In this document: positions 29,285-37,646 of the stretch, piece by piece
Numbering within the stretch: position 1 is the stretch's first letter
Layout of the letters: each line of letters starts with the position of its first letter
NCBI GenBank assembly: GCA_963749445.1
Contig: CAVVMJ010000005.1
Coordinates: forward strand, 98,915 to 162,914
Reading direction: 5' to 3'
Origin: an uncultured bacterium
GTDB lineage: Bacteria; Patescibacteriota; Doudnabacteria; UBA920
Length of the DNA stretch: 64,000 nucleotides
Program-made: the position numbers and the translations under genes
The notes under the pieces: model-generated
Databases searched by the model: none
What the model was told of the DNA's origin: nothing
Seen by the model: only the letters and a program-made list of their open reading frames with translations

Positions 29285-29926
29285 ATGAGGATTTTTGTGG
29301 GGATTCCGTTGTCGGAGGAGTTGAGGGGGCGGGTTTTGGAGTGGGAGGGACAACATCGATTCGACCTCTCTGCCCTTCGGCTGCACTCGGGGCATCTCCC
29401 CTCGCCAGGGGAGAAGGGGAACACCGTACGATGGGTTGAGCCCAAGAATTTGCATGTGACGCTGGTGCCGCCCCTCGACTTCGCTCGGGGCCTGCGGCCG
29501 TCTGATATCGAGGGGATCATCAAAAAGTTGGAAACAGTTAAGCATCAGCCTTTTGAAATAAGGTTTGATAAGATATCGTTCGGGCCGAATGTTAGGGAGC
29601 CGAGGATGGTTTGGGCAAGCGGAAACGCGGGAGAGGAAATTAAGAAATTGAAGAAATTGATTGAAATTGCGTTAAGCGGCATTGTTGATAATTCGCGCGG
29701 CCGCGCGTTTTATCAACACGTTACGCTGGCGAGGATAAAAAACCCTCATCCGCCGCTCGATGCATCGCGGCACCTTCTCCCAGGGGGAGAAGGCGGGAAC
29801 ATCCAAGCGGTTGACTGGCGGATGAAAGTAGAAAAGTTTGTGCTTTATGAGTCGCATTTGTTGCCGCAGGGGGCGGATTACGAGGTTTTGGCCGAGTTTT
29901 TGCTACAGCCTTTTACTAAATGCTAA
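29285..29926 (+). CDS. thpR: 2H-phosphoesterase family RNA 2',3'-cyclic phosphodiesterase / 2'-5' RNA ligase (LigT/ThpR) with three in-frame element insertions
   Basis: MRIFVGIPL... Two H-x-T-x motifs, LHVTL and QHVTL. 213 aa versus about 175-190 typical. Confidence 0.7.
   Translation: MRIFVGIPLSEELRGRVLEWEGQHRFDLSALRLHSGHLPSPGEKGNTVRWVEPKNLHVTLVPPLDFARGLRPSDIEGIIKKLETVKHQPFEIRFDKISFGPNVREPRMVWASGNAGEEIKKLKKLIEIALSGIVDNSRGRAFYQHVTLARIKNPHPPLDASRHLLPGGEGGNIQAVDWRMKVEKFVLYESHLLPQGADYEVLAEFLLQPFTKC
29393..29420. repeat. family C palindromic element (TCTCCCCTCGCCAGGGGAGAAGGGG) in thpR
   Basis: Encodes HLPSPGEKGN in frame. Confidence 0.55.
29471..29490. repeat. family B core CCCCTCGACTTCGCTCGGGG in thpR
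   Basis: Encodes PPLDFARG in frame. Confidence 0.6.
29774..29793. repeat. family C element (CTTCTCCCAGGGGGAGAAGG) in thpR
   Basis: Encodes LLPGGEGG in frame. Confidence 0.55.
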
Positions 29927-30033
29927 AATGACTAAAATACTAAACCAGGAATCACCAGTTTAGTATTTTTAGCTTCTTTAGTATTTAGTAGAGGAGGCTT
30001 GCGAAAGATAACCATCTAAACTAAAATTAAAGA

Positions 30034-30750
30034 ATGAGGTTTGTGAAAAAGACCAAGTTAGCCATATTTGACATAGACGGCACGATATTTAGGTCGTCAC
30101 TGGTGATTGAGTTGAGCCACGCTTTGGTGAGCGCCAAAATTTTTCCGCCCCAGGCAAGGGAAGAAATCAGCAAGGAGTATTTGGCGTGGCTGGACAGGAA
30201 AGGCAGCTACGAGGCCTACATAGACAAAGTGGTAAAAATATACGCAAAGTACATCGCGGGAAAAAAGTTCACGGCGGTGGACAAGATCGCGCGACAAGTC
30301 ATCGCTTACCAAAAAGACCGCGTTTACCGTTTTACGCGGGATTTGATTAAGCGATTAAAATATCAGAAATATTTTTTGGTGGCCATTTCCGGCTCTCCGT
30401 CATATATTGTGGGAAAGTACGCCAAAGCCATTGGCTTTGATTTGTTTTTTGGCACGGAGCTGGAAATCATCAACGGAAAATTTACGGGCAAAACCGGCAG
30501 TTTGGACTCGGCTTACAATAAGGCCAAAATCGTGAAGGATTTGGCGCGCCAATATCAGGCAAACCTAAATCAGTCCTTGGCCATCGGCGATACCGAAAAC
30601 GACGTGCCGATGTTAAAGCTGGTTGGCCGCCCAATCGCTTTTAATCCCAATTTACAGCTGGCCAAAGCTGCCAAAAAATATGGCTGGGAAATAGTGGTGG
30701 AACGAAAGGATGTAATGTATAATATTAAAGATTTTAATTTTTACCAATGA
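30034..30750 (+). CDS. HAD-IB family hydrolase (phosphoserine-phosphatase-like)
   Basis: LAIFDIDGTIFRSS and LAIGDTENDVPMLK. Confidence 0.65.
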   Translation: MRFVKKTKLAIFDIDGTIFRSSLVIELSHALVSAKIFPPQAREEISKEYLAWLDRKGSYEAYIDKVVKIYAKYIAGKKFTAVDKIARQVIAYQKDRVYRFTRDLIKRLKYQKYFLVAISGSPSYIVGKYAKAIGFDLFFGTELEIINGKFTGKTGSLDSAYNKAKIVKDLARQYQANLNQSLAIGDTENDVPMLKLVGRPIAFNPNLQLAKAAKKYGWEIVVERKDVMYNIKDFNFYQ

Positions 30751-31463
30751 CCATTAGCATAATCATTCCCGCTTACAATGAGGAAAAATGCATCGGCGAC
30801 TGTTTGCGCGAGATTCTTCGGTATGCCCCGGAAAACTTAACAGAGATAATTGTCGTAGACAACGCCAGTTCGGATAAAACGGCGGAAGCGGCGTTGCAGT
30901 TTCCCAAAGTCCGCGTCGTGTTTGAGCCGGAGAAAGGCTTAACCAAGGCCCGGCAGCGCGGGCTTACGGAGGCCAGGAGCGATTTGCTGGCTTTTGTGGA
31001 CGCGGATAATTTGGTGCCCCGGGACTGGTTTAAAACCATTAATCGCGAATTTAACGCCGACCCCAACCTGGTCTGCCTAAGCGGTCCGTATGTTTATTAC
31101 GACACCCCCAAATGGCAGCAGTGGGCCGTAAAGTGGCTGTACTGGAATATGCTGGCGCGCGTAATTTATTTTTTTACCAAGTATATGGGCACCGGCGGGA
31201 ATATGATTATGCGCAAAGACGCGATCATACAAGCCGGGGGGTTTGACACCAAGATTGAATTTTACGGGGAGGACACGGACACGGTCCGCCGCCTGCACGA
31301 GGTCGGCAAGGTCAAGTTCGCCTGGAATTTTTTTATGCCGTCCTCGGGGCGGCGGTTTGCCAAGGAAGGCACGTTTAAAACCGGCGTGACTTACGTGGCC
31401 AATTATACCAACATCATGGTCAACAAAAAACCGCTGACTAAAAATTATAAGGATATACGCTAA
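30747..31463 (+). CDS. family 2 glycosyltransferase
   Basis: ISIIIPAYNEEKCI, VVDNASSDKT and FVDADNLV. ATGA overlap with the upstream gene. Confidence 0.7.
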   Translation: MTISIIIPAYNEEKCIGDCLREILRYAPENLTEIIVVDNASSDKTAEAALQFPKVRVVFEPEKGLTKARQRGLTEARSDLLAFVDADNLVPRDWFKTINREFNADPNLVCLSGPYVYYDTPKWQQWAVKWLYWNMLARVIYFFTKYMGTGGNMIMRKDAIIQAGGFDTKIEFYGEDTDTVRRLHEVGKVKFAWNFFMPSSGRRFAKEGTFKTGVTYVANYTNIMVNKKPLTKNYKDIR

Positions 31464-31584
31464 AAGTTGATGGGCACAAAAGTTGATGGGCATATTCATG
31501 CGGCTGCAAAAGCTGATTGATATTTTTTGATCAGCGCGTCCGTCATAACCAACTAAAATATACCCTCGAAGATGCCCATCAATC
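31464..31584. mobile_element. MITE-like element, copy 2 (about 120 bp) filling the GT2-nuclease intergenic space
   Basis: AAAGTTGATGGGCAC and AAAAGTTGATGGGCAT at the left end, CCCTCGAAGATGCCCATCAATC at the right end. Internal hairpin gctgat...atcagc plus T-run. Confidence 0.5.
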
Positions 31585-31601
31585 AGAAAGTTTGAAATCA
31601 G

Positions 31602-32447
31602 ATGTCCGATTACTATAAACCAAAACGAAGCTACGGGATTTTTGATCCAAAGTCCGGGCAGCCGTATAAGTTAAGCCGCAGCAAACTGGATTTATTCTTA
31701 AACTGCCCGCGCTGTTTTTATTTGGACCGGCGTTTGGGCGTGGGCCAGCCGCCCGGCTATCCGTTTTCTTTGAACAGCGCGGTGGACGCGCTTTTGAAAA
31801 AAGAGTTTGATATTCATCGCGCGGCGGGGAACCCTCATCCGTTAATGAAAAAATACGGCGTGGACGCGGTGCCTTTACAGGATGAGCGGATGGATTTGTG
31901 GCGGGACGCCTTGCGCGGCGGCATCCAGTATCTTCATCAGCCCTCCAATTTTTTAGTCACCGGCGGCATAGACGATGTCTGGGTCAATCCCAAAGGCGAA
32001 TTAATCATCGTGGACTATAAAGCCACGTCCAAATCTAGCGAAGTCAATATAGACGCCGAGTGGCAAATTGGCTACAAACGGCAAATGGAAATTTACCAGT
32101 GGCTGTTTAGGCAAAACGGGTTTAAGGTTTCCGAGACCGGCTATTTTGTTTATTGCAACGGCGACGCGGACAAGGAAGCCTTTGACGCCAAGCTGGAATT
32201 TACTATTAAGTTGATTCCTTATAAGGGCGATTCGGGGTGGGTGGAAAAGGCCCTGATGGATGCAAAAAAATGTTTGTCATCCGCGGAAATTCCCAAAGCG
32301 CCATTGTCCTGCGATTTTTGCGCGTACCGGCAGGTCGCGGCCGAGGTAGAACATTTATCAGCGGTTTCAAAACCAGGAGCGAGGCCGAAGCCAACATCGG
32401 CCAAAACAAAAAAGAAACAAATAACGCAAGCAACCCCATTATTTTAA
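31602..32447 (+). CDS. PD-(D/E)xK superfamily nuclease, Cas4/RecB-like with Cys pairs at both ends
   Basis: GGIDDVWVNPKGELIIVDYKATS (D...D/ExK). N-terminal CPRCFY and C-terminal CDFCAY. Confidence 0.55.
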   Translation: MSDYYKPKRSYGIFDPKSGQPYKLSRSKLDLFLNCPRCFYLDRRLGVGQPPGYPFSLNSAVDALLKKEFDIHRAAGNPHPLMKKYGVDAVPLQDERMDLWRDALRGGIQYLHQPSNFLVTGGIDDVWVNPKGELIIVDYKATSKSSEVNIDAEWQIGYKRQMEIYQWLFRQNGFKVSETGYFVYCNGDADKEAFDAKLEFTIKLIPYKGDSGWVEKALMDAKKCLSSAEIPKAPLSCDFCAYRQVAAEVEHLSAVSKPGARPKPTSAKTKKKQITQATPLF

Positions 32448-32448
32448 T

Positions 32449-33108
32449 ATGAATTATAATCTTATTCGTTCCAACCGTCGGAGCGTGGCTTTGGTTGTTG
32501 ACCGCCAGGGTATTTTGGTTGTCCGCGCGCCGAAATTTGCCGCGTTGGGTGAAATAGAGCGATTTATTGCGCAAAAGCGCAGGTGGATAAAAAAACACCA
32601 ACAAGCCGCCGCGGAATTTAATCGCCGCAGGAAACAATATATAGAGGGGGAAAGATTTTTGTTTTTGGGCCAAGAATATCCTCTGAGGATTGTGGACGAG
32701 CATCATCGGCGGTTGGTATTTAATCAGCAGGAATTTTTATTGCCCGCACCGCAAGCCGCGCAGGCCAAAGAGCTGTTTGCCGATTGGTATCGCCGGCAGG
32801 CCGAATTTTTATTGCCCAAGCGGGCTGAGTTTTGGCGGCAAAAAATGGGCGTGATTTATAAAAAATTAACCGTCACCGGCGCCCGCAGCCGTTGGGGATC
32901 GTGTTCCGGCCGGGGAACGATAAATTTTTCCTGGCGCTTGATGACTATGCCGCCGGAGGTTATTGACTACGTGGTCATCCACGAGCTGGCGCATTTGGCG
33001 CACCATAACCATTCGCCGAAATTTTGGGCGTTGGTCGGGCAGTTTTGCCCGGATTTTAAGGCATCCAAAAAGGCCCTCAACGGCAACGGTAAAAACCCCA
33101 TTTTGTAG
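32449..33108 (+). CDS. YgjP/DUF45 (WLM/M48-like) zinc metallopeptidase-fold protein
   Basis: VVIHELAHLAHHNHSPKFW. Only a 1-nt gap to the upstream nuclease gene. Confidence 0.7.
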   Translation: MNYNLIRSNRRSVALVVDRQGILVVRAPKFAALGEIERFIAQKRRWIKKHQQAAAEFNRRRKQYIEGERFLFLGQEYPLRIVDEHHRRLVFNQQEFLLPAPQAAQAKELFADWYRRQAEFLLPKRAEFWRQKMGVIYKKLTVTGARSRWGSCSGRGTINFSWRLMTMPPEVIDYVVIHELAHLAHHNHSPKFWALVGQFCPDFKASKKALNGNGKNPIL

Positions 33109-33250
33109 CCTTGCATTTTGCCTGTATGCGGTGTAAAATAAAATTACTTTAAATCTGCGGCCAGGGGGCCGGGATTTGGCGGGGAAGAAAATAAAAATTT
33201 TACGCCAGCTTTAATCTTTTTAAGCTTGGTTTTTGTTAAGCCTCAATTTT

Positions 33251-33673
33251 ATGTATTTTTTTGCTTACGGCTCCAGTATGAATCTGGCCCATATGCGGCG
33301 GCTCTGCGGCTGGAATTGCCGCCCCGTAGGCCCGGCTAAGCTGCTGGATTATGAATTCGGCCTGGACACGCGCGGCTATAACAATGTCCGTCCCATGCGG
33401 GGCGAATTTGTGTGGGGCACGCTTTTTGAGATTAACGAGGCGGCTTTGGCTTCCATGGATGAGTTTGAAGGCTATCCCCGGGTGTTTGACCGCCGTGAGA
33501 TTACGGTTGTCGACGATTCTGGGGAGAGCATGACCGCCTGGATGTACCTGCAGCCGGCTGACCAGTTTGGCAACAGCCGCGGCAAACCCGACCATGTTAA
33601 GGCAATCTTAACCGGAGCGCGGGAGAACGGCCTGCCCGAAGACTGGATTAAAAAACTGGAAACATTTTTATAG
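33251..33673 (+). CDS. gamma-glutamylcyclotransferase (AIG2-like) family protein
   Basis: MYFFAYGSSMN... (track ORF from 33233). Confidence 0.6.
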   Translation: MYFFAYGSSMNLAHMRRLCGWNCRPVGPAKLLDYEFGLDTRGYNNVRPMRGEFVWGTLFEINEAALASMDEFEGYPRVFDRREITVVDDSGESMTAWMYLQPADQFGNSRGKPDHVKAILTGARENGLPEDWIKKLETFL

Positions 33674-33746
33674 CGATTGCCGCGGGGCGAAAAAAGCACT
33701 TAATTACGTATTTATTTACGTATTTTTTTTATTTCCGCCCAAGTGC

Positions 33747-33752
33747 TATAAT
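33747..33752 (+). promoter_or_regulatory. TATAAT -10 box 6 nt upstream of ATG 33759 (leaderless transcript candidate)
   Basis: gtgcTATAATgggcatATG. Confidence 0.35.
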
Positions 33753-33758
33753 GGGCAT

Positions 33759-33971
33759 ATGATCAGAAAAATCTTTAAAACCGGGCATTCAGCCGCCGTC
33801 ACCCTCTCCAAAAAGATTTTGGAGCAGGCCGGTTTAAAGTTGGGCGACGGGGTAAAAGTTGAGGCCGATGAAGTAAAAGGCGCGATTATTATCCGTCCGG
33901 GAAACAAACAAAACCAGCTGGCGTTAAATTTGCATAGCAGGCCGAGATTGGGACCGTCATTAAAAAAATAA
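33759..33971 (+). CDS. AbrB/MazE/SpoVT-type small DNA-binding protein
   Basis: MIRKIFKTGHSAAVTLSKKILEQAGLKLGDGVKVE. Confidence 0.55.
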   Translation: MIRKIFKTGHSAAVTLSKKILEQAGLKLGDGVKVEADEVKGAIIIRPGNKQNQLALNLHSRPRLGPSLKK

Positions 33972-33975
33972 TCCT

Positions 33976-34242
33976 ATGGCCAAACATTTGAATATCAAAA
34001 TTTCGGGTCGGGTGCAGGGGATTGGTTTTCGCTATTGCGCTTACGAAAAATTCGTGGAGTTGGGCGTGCAGGGCAGGGCGGAAAATACCGGCGACCGCGG
34101 CGTACTCATCGAGGCGGAAGGTCCGGAGGCGCAGCTGGAACATTTGGTAAAGTGGTGCCACGAAGGGCCGAGCGGAGCCAGAGTCAGCGAAGTTTCAGTC
34201 ACCGAGCTGGCCGAGCCTTTTGTGCCGCAAAAAAATGGTTAA
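33976..34242 (+). CDS. acyP: acylphosphatase
   Basis: ISGRVQGIGFRYCAYEKF...GRAENTGDRGVLIEAEG. Confidence 0.8.
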   Translation: MAKHLNIKISGRVQGIGFRYCAYEKFVELGVQGRAENTGDRGVLIEAEGPEAQLEHLVKWCHEGPSGARVSEVSVTELAEPFVPQKNG

Positions 34243-34315
34243 TTTTGCGATGTTGATTTAACGCTCGGCCGCGCGTAAAATCAACAAAAGAGATGAAATC
34301 CGCCAGATAAATTTT

Positions 34316-34888
34316 ATGAAAAAAGCAGTCGTGATTGTCATCGTAATTCTCATCGTCGCGCTCGCGGGATTTGTTTATTATCGCAACCGCGAAGGAAAGT
34401 TAATGTCGTATTCCAACCCTTCATCTAATCAAATTAACACTACCACGCCTATGACTATTTCGAGCCCGGCTTTTGCGCAAGGCCAAGCTATCCCAAAAAA
34501 ATATACCTGCGACGATGCGGGCATCAACCCGCCGCTTAATATCAGTAGCGTGCCCCAGGAAGCGCAAAGTTTGGTATTGATTATGGATGATCCGGACGCG
34601 CCGGGCGGTACCTGGACGCATTGGATTGTCTGGAATATTTTGCCGTCCGTAACGTCAATCGCCGAGAATTCTGTTCCACCCGGAGCCATAGTCGGCCAGG
34701 GCAGCTCGGGACAAAACGTTTACGGCGGGCCTTGTCCGCCGAGCGGCATGCACCGTTATTATTTCCGTTTGTACGCCTTGCCGCTGAAATTGAGCATTTC
34801 TTCTTTTTCCGACGTTGCGGCTTTGCGCAAAGCCATGGACGGATACATTATTGCCGAGGCGGAATTGATGGGGACATATTCCAGATGA
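34316..34888 (+). CDS. YbhB/YbcL (PEBP) family protein with N-terminal membrane anchor
   Basis: DDPDAPGGTWTHWIVWNI and GPCPPSGMHRYYF. Confidence 0.7.
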   Translation: MKKAVVIVIVILIVALAGFVYYRNREGKLMSYSNPSSNQINTTTPMTISSPAFAQGQAIPKKYTCDDAGINPPLNISSVPQEAQSLVLIMDDPDAPGGTWTHWIVWNILPSVTSIAENSVPPGAIVGQGSSGQNVYGGPCPPSGMHRYYFRLYALPLKLSISSFSDVAALRKAMDGYIIAEAELMGTYSR

Positions 34889-34967
34889 CAATTGACGATT
34901 AACAATTAATATCGAAAATAATAAAACTGGCGTCTGCGGCAGGATTTTAACCCGCGGGTGTTTTTTA

Positions 34968-34990
34968 TGGTATAATGAAAGCGGTATAAT
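34968..34990 (+). promoter_or_regulatory. extended -10 promoter (TGgTATAAT) plus second TATAAT upstream of pilin-like gene
   Basis: ttatggtataatgaaagcggtataat. ATG at 35005. Confidence 0.4.
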
Positions 34991-35004
34991 CGTCTAGAAA
35001 CAAA

Positions 35005-36891
35005 ATGAAAGAATTGAAAAAAAGGATTGGCTTGTCTAACCAAAATATTGAAGGCGGGGGTTTACCCAGTACCACTTTTGGTCAGACCAAAAGTGGTACT
35101 GGGTTTAGTTTGATTGAGGTCGCGGTGACGCTGGCGGTGTTCGCAATGCTCGCCACCGCGGTTTTGGGCGTAGTGGCCGCGCTTAACCAGGCGGTCAAAA
35201 CCGCCCGCCAGTCAACCCTGGTGTCGTCTTTAGCCGACAATTATATGGAAATTGTCCACAATATGCCGTACAGCCAAATCGGCACGGTGCACGGCAATCC
35301 GGTCGGCACCTTGCCTGACTGCAACGGCACGCCGCCGACTTGTCCAGGCGCTCTTTTGGCCGCGATAGGCGGGCAGAATTATAAAATTTATTACGAAGTT
35401 ACTTACATTGACGATCCGGCCGACGGCGTGGCGCCGGCGGATCCGGCGCCGGCGGATTACAAGCAGGTCAAACTGAGCGTGCAAAACGCCCAGACCAACG
35501 GGGTGACCAATTTTGTGACCACGGTGGTGCCCAAGGGCCTGGAGAATACCAACAACGCCGGCGCCTTGTCCATTGGTGTCATCAATTATTTAGGACAGTC
35601 CGTGCCCGGCGCCACCATAACCATCCAGTCGCCGCCGACTAATCCGGTTATGAACCTGTCCCGCCTGACCGACGCAAACGGCAAGTGGACAGAAGTCGGC
35701 TTGCCGGCCGGGGCGAATAATTACCGCGTGACCGCGACCAAATCCGGCTATTCCACGGACCAGACCTATCCGATAACCGGCCAAAATCCCAATCCGACCA
35801 ATCCGGACGCCACGGTACTTAACGGCCACGTTACGTCGCTGACTTTTGGCATTGATGCGTTGGCCAATTTAACCGTCAACACCGTGGACCAATATTGCGG
35901 GCCCAAAAGCGGGGTCGGCATTAACATTTCCGGCGCCAAAATTATCGGCACTAATCCCAGTGTCTATAAATTTAACCAGAATTTTACTTCCTCCGCCGGC
36001 GCCGTGGTTTTGAACAATCTTGAATGGGACACTTACACGCCGGTGCTGCTAACCGGCCAGGGTTACGTGATTGCCGGAACTTCGCCGGTGCAAAAAATTG
36101 ACGTTTTGCCCGGCACCGCGCAGACTTTTACCATGGTGCTGAATTCCGTGACTACGGGCAATACCCTGCTAGTCATAGTCAAAGACGCGGCCACCCAGAC
36201 GGCCCAGGAAGGCGCGGCCGTGACTTTGACAAACGGCGTCCAGACTTACGGGCCGTACTATACCGGCGGCAGCGTTTGGATCCAGACCGACTGGAGCGGC
36301 GGGCCGGGGCAGGCTTTGTTTGACGGCGGAGGCAGCGCTAAGTATTGGACCGATGACGGCAACATCAACAACAATAATCCCACGGGACAAATCCAGCTGC
36401 GCAAAACCGGCAGCAGCTACGCGCCCTCGGGTTTTGTGGAATCATCCACTTATGATACCGGCACGGCCTCCAGCCAATACACCACTTTGACCTGGCAGCC
36501 CCTGGCCCAGAGCCCGAACACGACTTTGCGGTTCCAGCTGGCGGCCAATAATGACAACGCCACCTGGAATTACGTGGGTCCGGACGGCGCCACCAGTACT
36601 TATTACACGGTTTCGGGCACCAACATCAGCTCGGCGTTAAACAATAACCGTTATGTCCGCTATAAAACTTATTTATCCACCACGAACAGCAGTTCCACGC
36701 CGGTGCTGACTTCGCTGAATATTAATTACGTTTCCGGTTGCCGCACGCCCGGCCAGGTGCTGTTTAACGACAGTATGAGCTCAGGCGGCAATTACAAACT
36801 GACCGTGACTATGCCCGGCTACAGCACCTCCACCGTAAGCAATATGACGGTGAGCGGCGACCAGATCATTCAAGTGTTGGTGTCACCATGA
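35005..36891 (+). CDS. large type IV pilin-like protein (class III signal peptide G|FSLIEV) with long beta-rich extracellular region
   Basis: GFSLIEVAVTLAVFAMLA, 628 aa. Confidence 0.6.
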   Translation: MKELKKRIGLSNQNIEGGGLPSTTFGQTKSGTGFSLIEVAVTLAVFAMLATAVLGVVAALNQAVKTARQSTLVSSLADNYMEIVHNMPYSQIGTVHGNPVGTLPDCNGTPPTCPGALLAAIGGQNYKIYYEVTYIDDPADGVAPADPAPADYKQVKLSVQNAQTNGVTNFVTTVVPKGLENTNNAGALSIGVINYLGQSVPGATITIQSPPTNPVMNLSRLTDANGKWTEVGLPAGANNYRVTATKSGYSTDQTYPITGQNPNPTNPDATVLNGHVTSLTFGIDALANLTVNTVDQYCGPKSGVGINISGAKIIGTNPSVYKFNQNFTSSAGAVVLNNLEWDTYTPVLLTGQGYVIAGTSPVQKIDVLPGTAQTFTMVLNSVTTGNTLLVIVKDAATQTAQEGAAVTLTNGVQTYGPYYTGGSVWIQTDWSGGPGQALFDGGGSAKYWTDDGNINNNNPTGQIQLRKTGSSYAPSGFVESSTYDTGTASSQYTTLTWQPLAQSPNTTLRFQLAANNDNATWNYVGPDGATSTYYTVSGTNISSALNNNRYVRYKTYLSTTNSSSTPVLTSLNINYVSGCRTPGQVLFNDSMSSGGNYKLTVTMPGYSTSTVSNMTVSGDQIIQVLVSP

Positions 36892-37532
36892 AAAAAAAGT
36901 TAAAAGTTAAAAGTGGAAAGTGGAAAGCAAGTGCTGGGTTTACCCTGATAGAGATGCTGGTGTCTATTTTTTGCTTTAGTTTGATTGCTGTTGGCATGAT
37001 CGGCCTGATTTCCGCCATGTTCACCATTAACCGCCAGCAGGGAGGGCTGCTTTCCGACCAGGACCAGGCGCGCCGCTTGGCGTTTGGGATTATGTCGGAA
37101 TTGCGCAACTGCCAAACCTCGTCCTTGGGCGCTTACGCCATTGACACGGCGGGCGATCAGCAGCTGATTTTTTATTCCAACGTTGACAGCGATCAGGCCA
37201 TTGAAAAAATCCGTTATTTTGTTCAAAACGGCCAGTTGTGGAAAGGCGTGACCAAGGTTAGCGGCAGCCCGCTGGGCTATTATCCGGCCAGCGAATTCAT
37301 TACTATGGTGCAAAACAATTTGGCCAACGGGGCCAGTCCGGTTTTTTATTATTATGACGACAGTTATACCGGTACCCAAGGCGCTCTGGCCCAGCCTGTC
37401 AACGCCGTCAACATCAATTTTGTCAAAATTTCCCTCTCGGTTTACAATAAAGCCGGCGTCAGCAACGTTAACAGCTACACGGTTACCGCCAGCGCGGCCA
37501 TCCGCAATTTAAAAACCAATTTGGGATCATAG
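36888..37532 (+). CDS. type IV pilin-like protein (prepilin motif AGFTLIEML)
   Basis: 4-nt overlap with the upstream pilin-like gene. Confidence 0.65.
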   Translation: MKKKLKVKSGKWKASAGFTLIEMLVSIFCFSLIAVGMIGLISAMFTINRQQGGLLSDQDQARRLAFGIMSELRNCQTSSLGAYAIDTAGDQQLIFYSNVDSDQAIEKIRYFVQNGQLWKGVTKVSGSPLGYYPASEFITMVQNNLANGASPVFYYYDDSYTGTQGALAQPVNAVNINFVKISLSVYNKAGVSNVNSYTVTASAAIRNLKTNLGS

Positions 37533-37646
37533 TAAAATAATTTCAAATATCAAATATCAAATTTCAAATAAAAGTCAAGTGTTTAAAATTTTAAAATTTG
37601 GCATTAGGATTTCATTTGTAATTTGTAATTTGGTATTTGACATTTT

